Positions 49,018-57,908 of a DNA stretch of 64,000 bases are shown here, piece by piece. The DNA lies in contig CAWDML010000003.1 of the NCBI GenBank assembly GCA_963803435.1, forward strand, positions 1,037,781 to 1,101,780, read 5' to 3'. The translations under genes and the position numbers were made by a program. The number at the start of each line of letters is the position of its first letter. Position 1 is the first letter of the stretch. This stretch comes from an uncultured delta proteobacterium. Lineage in GTDB: Bacteria > Myxococcota > Kuafuiibacteriia > Kuafuiibacteriales > Kuafuiibacteriaceae. The notes below the pieces were generated by a model that saw nothing but the letters and a program-made list of their open reading frames with translations, did not search any database and was not told where the DNA came from.

Positions 49018-50660
49018 CTCGCCACCGCGGTCGAGCTGGTGCCGGTCTTCTTGCGCTCGAGCACACCCAGGTTGTGCTCGTAGTCGGCGACCACGACCTC
49101 GAAGTTCTCGTCGATGCGCGGCATCGTGCGCCAGTCGAGCATCCCCAGCCAATCCGCGAGGTAGACGATCTGGGTCTCGTCCACCACGTAGTCCGCGATC
49201 CGGCTCTCCACCAACGCGTTGTACGCGAGTGGGTTCACCTTTCCGTCCAGGTTGATGGTCCGATCGTGAAAATATCCGAGGGTGCCGGTCTGGATGGCGC
49301 CCACCCAGGTGGTGTCGGGGACGTGCTCGTCGACCCATCGCACCACCTGGAAGTGCATGTGGGCCTTGCCCTTGTCGTAGGCGCGCAGGTGGAGGCCGAT
49401 CACGACGACCACCACCAGGGCGGGGAGGGCGATCGCCAGGGGTCGGCTGAACTTGAGCAGCCGATGGTGGACGCGGAGGACCACCGCGGACCAGGCCAGG
49501 GCGATCAACGGCGAGAGCGGAAACATGTAGCGGGAGACGAACCAGTGGGCCCCGAAGAAGAGGCCGTAGAAGACGACCAGGCCCGCACCGAAGATCGAGG
49601 TGAGGACGATCAGCGCCCGCTCGGCCGGCTTGGCGCGCGCCCAGATGAGCAGGAAGAGCGGCGTCAGCAGCACCAAGAAGATCGAGGTGGCGATCACCGT
49701 GGGTGCCTGCAGCTGGAAGGTCTCAGGGATCGGGATCAGCACGCCGGCGTATTCGGTGAGGACCGGCGGCAGGTAGTAGAGGTTGGAGGCGAACGTACCG
49801 GTGAGGCTCTCGGCGCGGCCGCTCACCGGCATGATGTGGCCGAAGTTGAGGTAGTTGTACGCGAGCCAGGGGAGCGCCACCAGGATCGAGACCGAGCCGA
49901 AGACGAGCGCGCGGCGGAAGCGCTTCTCGACGGCGTCGAGGCCGTAGTCGAGCCCGCAGTAGAGGTGGACCAGGCAGGCGGCCAGGATCAGAAAGACGGC
50001 GTCGTTGCGAACCCAGAAGGCCGCCCCGAGCAGCACTCCGACCGCCGCGCACTTCGGATAAGACCAGAGCGTCTCGCGACGGTGATCCGGCTCGATGAAG
50101 GCCATCGCGACCGCAATCGTGACCACGCCATATAGGCCGGTCTCGAGGCAGTTCATCGAGTGCGGCGCCACCAGGGAGCTGGCGTACCAGGCAGAGGCCG
50201 CCAGCAGGCTGATCTCGCGCTTGGTCTGGCGGCGCTGGAAGACCGCGAGGCCGAGCCGGTAGAGGAGGTACGCGGCCAGCCCGCTCCCGACGAGCTCGAC
50301 CATCTGTGCGAGAAGTACGCCGATCGTCTTGCTTCCGGCGCTCGCGAGGAAGCACAGCGTCCAGATCAGCGTGACGAGCGGCTGGGTACCGTTGGTCGCG
50401 ATCGTCCCGTCGGCGACCGAGAAGCCCTTCCCGATGGCGAGGTTTCTCGCGATCGTGAGCATCAGGTACCCGTCCTCGGTCGGGTACATCTGGAGCATGC
50501 GCCCGCCTTGGTCGAACAGCGGCGCGACCCGAGCGACGAAGCCGATCACGAAGAGCGCGACCACCACGATGCGGAGGCCGAAGGACAGGCCGGGACGGGC
50601 CACGAAGACATTGGAGAACTCGCGCTCCTTCGCCGTCTGCAGCTGGGACTCGCCCGTCAT
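49014..50660 (-). CDS. GT-C fold membrane glycosyltransferase (putative arabinosyltransferase)
   Basis: First-loop acidic motif TEDGYLMLTIARNLA.G.GF...TNG..PL, MN.LET, RND, about 11 TM helices and DGKVN. Confidence 0.65.
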   Translation of the reverse strand: MTGESQLQTAKEREFSNVFVARPGLSFGLRIVVVALFVIGFVARVAPLFDQGGRMLQMYPTEDGYLMLTIARNLAIGKGFSVADGTIATNGTQPLVTLIWTLCFLASAGSKTIGVLLAQMVELVGSGLAAYLLYRLGLAVFQRRQTKREISLLAASAWYASSLVAPHSMNCLETGLYGVVTIAVAMAFIEPDHRRETLWSYPKCAAVGVLLGAAFWVRNDAVFLILAACLVHLYCGLDYGLDAVEKRFRRALVFGSVSILVALPWLAYNYLNFGHIMPVSGRAESLTGTFASNLYYLPPVLTEYAGVLIPIPETFQLQAPTVIATSIFLVLLTPLFLLIWARAKPAERALIVLTSIFGAGLVVFYGLFFGAHWFVSRYMFPLSPLIALAWSAVVLRVHHRLLKFSRPLAIALPALVVVVVIGLHLRAYDKGKAHMHFQVVRWVDEHVPDTTWVGAIQTGTLGYFHDRTINLDGKVNPLAYNALVESRIADYVVDETQIVYLADWLGMLDWRTMPRIDENFEVVVADYEHNLGVLERKKTGTSSTAVAR

Positions 50661-50698
50661 CGCAGCTCCGCGGTCGTACACATCGTCCGTCCCCGGGG

Positions 50699-51906
50699 TC
50701 AAGGCGACCCGGTCAACCGTGCAAGGAGAGGCTCCACCGCGCGGTCGACATCGAACTCCCTTTCCACACGCGCACGGCCGGCATGGGCCATGCGGCGTGC
50801 GAGCTCCGGGTCGGCGGCCAGCTCGAGCATCCAATCGGTGAGCTCAGGCCAGTTGCCGGGGGCGAACAGGAGACCGGTCTCACGGTGAATCACCAGCTCC
50901 GGGATCCCGGCGACGCACGGGGCGATCACCGGCAGCTCGAGCGCCAGCGCCTCCATCAGCACGACCGGGAGGCCCTCCATGAAGCTCGTCATCACGAATA
51001 AATCCGCGCCGGCCATCTCCTCCAGGACCTTCTCCTCCGCGAGACGCCCCGGCATCGACACGCGCGGTCCCATTCCGCGCGCCTCGATCTGGCGGCGGAC
51101 GATGTCGAGGTCCGGGCCGTCGCCGACCAGGCGGAGCTCGGCGTCGAGGCCGCGCTCGACCGCCGAAGCGAACGCATCAATCAGACCGACGTGACCCTTC
51201 TCGGGCGAGATGCGCCCGACGGTGAGGATCCGGAGGCGGCCGCCCGGCGGGCGCACGCGCTTCTCCGGCAGGCGCGACAGAATCGACCCCGCAGCGGGAG
51301 ACGAACAGCTTGGACCAGTGCGCCGGGTTCGAGGTGCGAAACGCTTGAGCCCGCCCGAAGTGGGTGACGCACGCGACGAAGCGAGCGTGCGCGATCTTGT
51401 CGGCGAGCAGGAGCCCGCTCGGATAGTCGAAGCAGGAGATGCCGTGGAGGGTGAGGCTCCAGTCGAGGTCGAGGTAGCGGCTGGCGAGATAGCCGACAAT
51501 CGCGGCCGCGTTGGCGAAGTGGTTGTGGAGGTGATCGATGTCCTTCGCCTCCAGCTCGGCCGCCAGAGATCATCGCCTCCTGGAAGTAGAACAGCGACCA
51601 GAGCTGACCGCGGACGCCGGGGACCCGGTGGGTGAGGGCGTCCTTGAGCGTGCGCAGGTACCGGAGCGGTCTCTTGACGAAGGCGCTGGTGTTGGCCTCG
51701 ATCAGCTGGAGCAGCTGGGGACGCAGGATGTAGAAGGTCTCGCCGACGTCCTTCGCGTCGCGCTCGGAGAGCACGTTGTCGTCGACCGGCCGGCGTACGC
51801 TGAACGTGTGGACCTCGACGCCGCGCCGCCGGAGCGCGTCGATCTCGCGCCGGATGAAGGTGTGCGAGGGAGCGGGGTACTCGCTGACCAGGCAGGCGAT
51901 CCGCAT
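50699..51906 (-). CDS. Glycosyltransferase family 4 (WcaL-like), two +1 frameshifts near 51568 and 51291
   Basis: YPAPSHTFIRREI, HLHNHF (middle frame), VGRISPEKG and EGLPVVLMEA...GIPEL. Confidence 0.85.
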
Positions 51907-51910
51907 CGAT

Positions 51911-52660
51911 TCAGAGCTTGAGCCGCTTGAAGATCGACTCGGGGATCGAGCGGATCGTCGTCATGATGCCCCGCCAGAACCAGGGCGTGTACACGATGTC
52001 GCGCTTGGCGCGGATCGCCCGATCGATGGCGCGCGCGACGGTCTCTGGGGAGGCGACCAGCGGCGAGCCCGGGTCGAGCAGGCCCTGGGTCATCGGCGTG
52101 TCGACGAAGCCCGGTCGGACCTCGAGCACATGGACGCCGCTCTTGTGAAGTCGGTTGCGAAGCCCGCCGAGATACGCGGACAGCCCCGCCTTGGACGCGC
52201 CGTAGGTGTAGTTGCTCTGCCGTCCGCGGTCGCCGGCCACCGAGGAGATCGCCGCGATCCATCCGGCGCCGCGCGACTCCATCTCGGTCGCCACGAGGCT
52301 GAGGATCGAGACCGCCGAGGTGAAGTTGACGTCGAGCGTCCGGCGCGCCGCGGTGAAGTCTCTCTCGGTCGTCGCCTGATCCGCCATGTAGCCGTAGGCC
52401 AGCACCACGCCGTCGAAGGGGCCGCCGGCCGCCGCCTGCGCGCGCCGGTAGAAGGCCTCGTGCCCGTCGAAGTCGAGGGCTTCGAACGGCTCCACCTGGA
52501 CGCGGGCGCGGGTTCGAATCGCCAGATCGGCGGCGTCCCGCTCGAGCTCGTCCGCGCGCCGTCCGGCGAGGACCAGATCGACCCCGCGCTCGGCCATGAC
52601 GTGCCCGAGCGCGCGCGCGATCCCGCTGGTCGCGCCGAGCATCAACACCCTCTCGGTCAT
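51911..52660 (-). CDS. Short-chain dehydrogenase/reductase, DprE2-like
   Basis: LGATSGIA, SSVAGDRGRQSNYTYGASKAG and PGFVDTPMT. Confidence 0.88.
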   Translation of the reverse strand: MTERVLMLGATSGIARALGHVMAERGVDLVLAGRRADELERDAADLAIRTRARVQVEPFEALDFDGHEAFYRRAQAAAGGPFDGVVLAYGYMADQATTERDFTAARRTLDVNFTSAVSILSLVATEMESRGAGWIAAISSVAGDRGRQSNYTYGASKAGLSAYLGGLRNRLHKSGVHVLEVRPGFVDTPMTQGLLDPGSPLVASPETVARAIDRAIRAKRDIVYTPWFWRGIMTTIRSIPESIFKRLKL

Positions 52661-52685
52661 CGCGTCGAGAGAACCTCGCCGCGCG

Positions 52686-53876
52686 TTATTTCTCAAGCCG
52701 CTCCACGATCGCTCTTGCAGTTTCCCGCGCACCCTCGGCGTTCAGGTGGGGGTCGTGGTTGAAGTAGTGGTCGGCCCGGGTGAGGCGGGCGTGCAGATCG
52801 AGGGTGTCGACGCCCGCCGCCTCGAGGCGCTCGATGAACTCGCGCGTCGGCGCGGCGTAGGTCTCGGGCGCGGCCTCGCCCTTCATCGGGATCACGACCA
52901 CGGTGAAGGTCGCCCCGCGTGACTCGGCGACCGCCTTCATGCGCAGGGTGGCGGCCAGCGCCAGCTCGATGCCCTCCTCACGATAGTTCTCGAGCGGTCC
53001 GATCACACGGTCCCGATCGGGCTCCACCAGCCGCCCGAGCAGCACGCGTACCCCGACGAGAGACAGCACCTTGCGGAGGGTGGTGTCGTCCTCCTTGGCC
53101 TCGACGTGCTCGCGGTAGTCCTCTTCGGTGTACGCCGTCCCGTCCGGTCGTGCCACGGGGACCAGGTACCCCTCGTAGACCTGGTAGTTGCCGAAGCGGG
53201 CGTCGTCGCGCAGGTCGTTGCCGTTGAAGATGTAGATGACGTCGTGCGCAGGGAGGTCTCGGGTCGCCTCGAGCTTTGCGACCGTCTCTCCGGGGCCGAA
53301 CCCGAGCACGCCCAGGTCGTAAGCATCGATGCGACCTTTGGTGAGCGACTCAATCGACGCGTCGATGGTGTCGTGCTGCGGCAGACCGTAGCCGAACGCG
53401 ACCGAGTCTCCAATCAGGAGGACCCGCCGGTCCGGGTTCGGCGCGGGTTCGGCGTCACGGTCGCCCCGGCTGTTGATCTCGATGTCGGCCGTGACCACCC
53501 CGTCCTGAAAGACGCCGGTCCAGTAGGGCGTCAGGTTGAAGCCCCACGGGGTCTCGACGACGCTTCCCCGGAGCGTGATGACCGGATCGATCCGGGCCTC
53601 GTAGGGCGTCACGACCAGCAGCCCGACCTCGACCAGGAGCAGCGAGAAGTACGCGGCGCCGAAGAGCAAGATGAGTTGACGCGTCATCCGCGCCAGCGTG
53701 CCGTCCTGCGGAAGAACGCCGACGGCGATCACCCCGGCGCCGAGGAACAGCATGAGCTGCTGGAGGGCACCGAAACCCTTCTCCCCCCACCCGGCGAGCT
53801 CGGCGATGCTCGTGATCGCGAGCAGCAAGACGCCGACCGCGAGCGCCGTGTTCTGGTAGGTGGATCGGCGTACCAA
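52686..53876 (-). CDS. Membrane-anchored SGNH/GDSL hydrolase-like protein (putative O-acyltransferase or esterase)
   Basis: Three N-terminal TM helices; INSRG.RD, GDS, GV.GFG, GND and DPH.N motifs. Confidence 0.75.
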   Translation of the reverse strand: MVRRSTYQNTALAVGVLLLAITSIAELAGWGEKGFGALQQLMLFLGAGVIAVGVLPQDGTLARMTRQLILLFGAAYFSLLLVEVGLLVVTPYEARIDPVITLRGSVVETPWGFNLTPYWTGVFQDGVVTADIEINSRGDRDAEPAPNPDRRVLLIGDSVAFGYGLPQHDTIDASIESLTKGRIDAYDLGVLGFGPGETVAKLEATRDLPAHDVIYIFNGNDLRDDARFGNYQVYEGYLVPVARPDGTAYTEEDYREHVEAKEDDTTLRKVLSLVGVRVLLGRLVEPDRDRVIGPLENYREEGIELALAATLRMKAVAESRGATFTVVVIPMKGEAAPETYAAPTREFIERLEAAGVDTLDLHARLTRADHYFNHDPHLNAEGARETARAIVERLEK

Positions 53877-53931
53877 GGCGCGTCCTTGACCCCGGATCCT
53901 GATGGAGATACGTCATTCTGGGCAACCGTCG

Positions 53932-55380
53932 ATGTCCGAGCCCGCCATCGAGTCTGCGAACGCTCGTCCACTCTGCCTCGATCTGGACGGAACGCTGATC
54001 GCAACCGATGCGTTGTGGGAGTCGCTCCTTCTCCTGATCAAGCATCGTCCGTTCAGTGTGCTGCTCCTGCCGTTCTGGCTGATCCGTGGGCGGGCCCATC
54101 TGAAGCGAAAGATCGCGGACCGCGTGGTGCCGAATCCGGCCGCGCTCCCCTATCGCCCCGAGGTGATCGCGTACGTCGAGAAGGCCAAGGCCGAGGGTCG
54201 TGCAGTCTACCTGGTGACGGCCTCGGACCAACGGATCGCGAACGGCATCGCTCAGCATCTCGGTCTGTTCGACGAGGTGATCGGAAGCGACGGTGAGACG
54301 AACCTCAAGGCCGAGAAGAAGGCGGCCTTTCTCGAGTCGCGCTTCGGCGCCAAGGGCTACGACTACGCCGGCGACTCGGCGGCCGACGTGGTGCTCTTCG
54401 CGTCGGCGGCCCGTGCGATCCTGGTCTCGGCCAGCGAGAGGACGACCGCGCGCGCGCGCGCCTGCGCCGAGGTCGAGGAGCTGGTCCCGCGGGACTCCGC
54501 GAAGCTGCGGTGGATCATCAAGGCGATCCGGCCGCACCAGTGGATGAAGAACTCCCTGCTGTTCGTGGCTGCGATCCTGGCCCACAAGTACACCGACCTC
54601 GAGGTGATGGGCCACGCGATCGCGGGGTTCGTCGCGTTCAGCCTGACGGCGTCGTCGGTGTACGTGCTCAACGACCTGCTCGACCTGGAGTCCGATCGGC
54701 AGCACCGGACCAAGAAGAACCGCCCGTTTGCCGCGGGCAAGCTGTCGATCCCGCTGGGGCTGCTGCTCTCGCCCGCGATCGCCCTGGCCGGAATCGGCGT
54801 CGCGCTCCTGTTCACGCCGCTGCTGTTCACCGCGGTGCTCGGTGGCTACCTGGCGCTGACCACGGCCTACTCGGTCTATCTCAAGCGCAAGCTGATCGTC
54901 GACGTGCTGACGCTGGCGGGGCTGTTCACGTATCGCGTGATCGCCGGCGGCGTCGCTGCGGACGTGCCGGTCAGCTTCTGGCTCCTCGGCTTCTCCATGT
55001 TCTTCTTCACGGGGCTGGCGTTCGTGAAGCGCTACTCGGAGGTCGTCGCGATCATGGGGAAGGATCAGCGGCGCGTGCCCGGTCGCAACTACTGGGTCGA
55101 GGACCTGGACATCATCAAGACGGTGGGCCCCGCCTGTGGGCTCCTCGCCGTGCTGGTCTTCTGCCTCTACATCAACAGCCCGAAGGTGCAGGAGCTCTAC
55201 CGGCGCCCCGAGGCGCTCTGGTTGATCGCGCCCGTGATGCTCTACTGGATCACGCGCATCTGGTTTCTCGCCGCGCGGAATCAGCTCGATGACGACCCGG
55301 TGGTCTTCGCGCTCTCCGACCGGATCAGTCACCTGGCGGCGCTGGTGACCGGAGCTTGCATCCTGGCCGCGAAGTTCTAG
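53932..55380 (+). CDS. HAD phosphatase / UbiA prenyltransferase fusion (polyprenyl-phosphate phosphoribosyltransferase-like)
   Basis: DLDGTL, TAS, NLK and YAGDS..D (HAD); RPHQWMKN, YVLNDLLD...DRQH..K..RPFA, KRYSE and DDPVVFA (UbiA). Confidence 0.92.
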   Translation: MSEPAIESANARPLCLDLDGTLIATDALWESLLLLIKHRPFSVLLLPFWLIRGRAHLKRKIADRVVPNPAALPYRPEVIAYVEKAKAEGRAVYLVTASDQRIANGIAQHLGLFDEVIGSDGETNLKAEKKAAFLESRFGAKGYDYAGDSAADVVLFASAARAILVSASERTTARARACAEVEELVPRDSAKLRWIIKAIRPHQWMKNSLLFVAAILAHKYTDLEVMGHAIAGFVAFSLTASSVYVLNDLLDLESDRQHRTKKNRPFAAGKLSIPLGLLLSPAIALAGIGVALLFTPLLFTAVLGGYLALTTAYSVYLKRKLIVDVLTLAGLFTYRVIAGGVAADVPVSFWLLGFSMFFFTGLAFVKRYSEVVAIMGKDQRRVPGRNYWVEDLDIIKTVGPACGLLAVLVFCLYINSPKVQELYRRPEALWLIAPVMLYWITRIWFLAARNQLDDDPVVFALSDRISHLAALVTGACILAAKF

Positions 55381-55388
55381 CCCGAGCC

Positions 55389-56945
55389 ATGAGGCGCAGG
55401 CTCTTCCTGTCTCTGATCCTCTTGTGGTGGGCGCTCTGCCTGTTCTCGTACGCCCACGTTCCGCCCAGCCCAGACGACACGGACATCGACTACATGGGCT
55501 GGATGTTGCTTCGTGGGGGAGTCCAGTACGTCGACTTCATCGACATGAACTGGCCGGGCGGCGTCTGGCTCCACGCGACCTCGACGCTGGTCTTCGGCAA
55601 CAACCTGATGTCGTGGCGGATCTTCGACTTCGCGATCGCGATCGTGGCGCTGCTCGCGATGATCGACCTGGTGTCCCGCGCGTACGGCCGGGGCGCTGCG
55701 ATCTGGCTCGCGATCCTCTACCCAGCGCTCTACGTCACCCTCGGGATCTGGATGTCCGGCCAGCGCGATACGGTCGCGGGTCACGGGCTGATCATCGCGC
55801 TTTGCTGTCACGCGCGCGCCTGGGAGCGCCAGCAGCTCAAATGGCAGGCGTGCGCGGGCGTGGCGCTCGGGATGGCGATCCTGGTGAAGCCGACGATCGG
55901 CTTCGCCGGGCCGCTCCTGGTCTTGCACGGGATCGTCTGGTCCTTCCGAGGGGCCGGTCTGGCGAGGGCGATGGTGCACGGGCTGGTCGCCGGAGCGAGC
56001 GCCTTGGGCGTGCTGGTGCTGGGCCTGCTCGCGGTGCTGGCGCTGGGCGCGCCCCTCGAGGCCGTCATCGAGGGCGCCTATCTGTTGAATCAGCTGGGCC
56101 ATCACATCGCGACGGTCGCGGGCCGCAGCTTCGGCGCGGGCATCTACAACGTGACGATCGGACTCCTGGTGTGGGTGACCGGGCTGGCCGCCGCGGGCGC
56201 GCTGCTCCTCGCGCTCGACCGGAGCCGGAGCCTCGCCAACAAGCTGCTCTTCGCGGTGCCGATCGCCGCCGCGCTGATCAACTACCAGGTCCAGACCAAG
56301 TTCTTCGAGTACCACCTCACGCCCGCCTTTCCGGCGCTGGTGGTGCTGGCCTGCGTCGCGCTGGCGGAAGCGTCTCGACGCCTCCGCTCGGGGCCCACGC
56401 CGATCCGCGCGGGCGCTGCGCTGGTCATCGCGCTGGCGGTGCTCGGCACGTCGATCAAGGTGGGTCGCCTCACGTACCCGGTGCTGCTGTACCGGCTGGG
56501 GAGGATCGATCGGACGGAGTACTACGGGCGCTTCAGGCCGTTCCAGATCGACTACGGACAGCTCCTGCTGCTGGCGGAGCGGATCGAGCGGGACGTGCCC
56601 GAGGGCGGGACGGTGCTGATGTGGGGCTCCGAGAACGCGCTCAACTACCTCGCCGATCGCCCGCAGCCGACGCGGTTTCACCACTGGGTCGCGCTCAGCT
56701 ACGCCAAGCCGCCGCTACCGATGGCCGACAAGTGGAATCGCTGGTTCGCGGAGGACCTCACCACGCACTCGCCCGAGATGGCCGTGATCGATCGGGACTC
56801 GCTGGAGGGCTCGGCGGCGCGCGGGGCCGACAATCACTTCTTCCTCACCCACTTCCTCGAGGCGCACTATCGCAAGATCGAGACGATCGACGAGGTCGAC
56901 GTCTACGTCCGGGACGACTTCACGCCGCGCCCTCGAGCTCCCTGA
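55389..56945 (+). CDS. GT-C fold membrane glycosyltransferase (GT39/ArnT-like)
   Basis: First-loop PDD, Y.DFIDMNWPG, QRD and KP motifs; about 11 TM helices plus a periplasmic C-terminal domain. Confidence 0.65.
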   Translation: MRRRLFLSLILLWWALCLFSYAHVPPSPDDTDIDYMGWMLLRGGVQYVDFIDMNWPGGVWLHATSTLVFGNNLMSWRIFDFAIAIVALLAMIDLVSRAYGRGAAIWLAILYPALYVTLGIWMSGQRDTVAGHGLIIALCCHARAWERQQLKWQACAGVALGMAILVKPTIGFAGPLLVLHGIVWSFRGAGLARAMVHGLVAGASALGVLVLGLLAVLALGAPLEAVIEGAYLLNQLGHHIATVAGRSFGAGIYNVTIGLLVWVTGLAAAGALLLALDRSRSLANKLLFAVPIAAALINYQVQTKFFEYHLTPAFPALVVLACVALAEASRRLRSGPTPIRAGAALVIALAVLGTSIKVGRLTYPVLLYRLGRIDRTEYYGRFRPFQIDYGQLLLLAERIERDVPEGGTVLMWGSENALNYLADRPQPTRFHHWVALSYAKPPLPMADKWNRWFAEDLTTHSPEMAVIDRDSLEGSAARGADNHFFLTHFLEAHYRKIETIDEVDVYVRDDFTPRPRAP

Positions 56946-57876
56946 TCTCCTTGCCGAAGAGCGTCTCCATGAAGGCGGCGAGGAAGGCCGGCTCGAGGCG
57001 GGCCCCCACCTCGTCGAGCAGGTCCTGGATCGCAGCCTTGAAGGCGGTGGCGCTCTCGAAGCGATCCTCGGGACGCGCTGCCAGGGCCCGCCGCACGATG
57101 GCGGCCAGCATCGGGTGCAGATCGGGACGGTGCTCGTCGAGCGGGACCTCGAAGCGATCGGAGGCGAGCTCGGCCAGGATGGCCGCCTCGGTCGCCTCGT
57201 TGAAGAGCAGGTGGCCGGTGACGAGCTCGTAGAGGACCACACCCAGGCTGAAGACGTCGGACCGCTCGTCGGTGGCCTCCCCGCGCGCCTGCTCGGGCGC
57301 CAGATACGACGAGTAACCGCGGCCCGCGGTGCCCCGGTTGAGGCCGCGTCGCGTCCGCCGTCGCGTGCTGGCGCGGGACATCTCGAAGTCGGACACCAGG
57401 ACGCGGCCGTCTCCGGTGATCAGCAGGTTGGAGTGGCTGAGATCGCCGTGAAGCACGGTGATGCGCCCCTCGCGGCTCTCGATGTTGTGGGCGTACTCGA
57501 GCGCCTCGAGCGCCCGCGTCACGATGTAGAGGGCGACGTCGGTGGGAAAGCCGAGGCGGCGCTGGCCGCAGCGCGCCAGCACCCTGAGGAGGTTCTTGCC
57601 GCGGACGTACCGGGTGGCCAGATAGCTGCGGCCGTCGATCGTGCCCAGGTCGAGCACCGGCACCACGTTGTCGTGGTGGAGGATCGCATAGCGGCGTGCC
57701 GCGTCGAGGAAGATGTCGCTGGCCCCGTCGTGATACTCGCGCGTCTGCCGCAGGACCACCGTCTCGGCGTCGCCCGCCCCCCCGAACAGGGTGGCGAGCG
57801 AGAGCTCGGTGCCGTTGCGGGCTCCGAGCGTGGTGCCCAGGAAGTACGGGCCGAAGGTGTTCTGCGCCGAGCTCAC
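56920..57876 (-). CDS. Ser/Thr kinase-fold protein, probable pseudokinase
   Basis: Fold motifs retained (H.NVV, YLAPEQ, SDVFSLG, RALA..PEDRF), but no Gly-rich loop, VAIK becomes VVLR, HRD becomes HGD and DFG becomes DFE. Confidence 0.75.
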   Translation of the reverse strand: MSSAQNTFGPYFLGTTLGARNGTELSLATLFGGAGDAETVVLRQTREYHDGASDIFLDAARRYAILHHDNVVPVLDLGTIDGRSYLATRYVRGKNLLRVLARCGQRRLGFPTDVALYIVTRALEALEYAHNIESREGRITVLHGDLSHSNLLITGDGRVLVSDFEMSRASTRRRTRRGLNRGTAGRGYSSYLAPEQARGEATDERSDVFSLGVVLYELVTGHLLFNEATEAAILAELASDRFEVPLDEHRPDLHPMLAAIVRRALAARPEDRFESATAFKAAIQDLLDEVGARLEPAFLAAFMETLFGKEIRELEGAA

Positions 57877-57908
57877 TCGCGGGAAGCTCGATCTTGTAAC
57901 ACGAAGCC

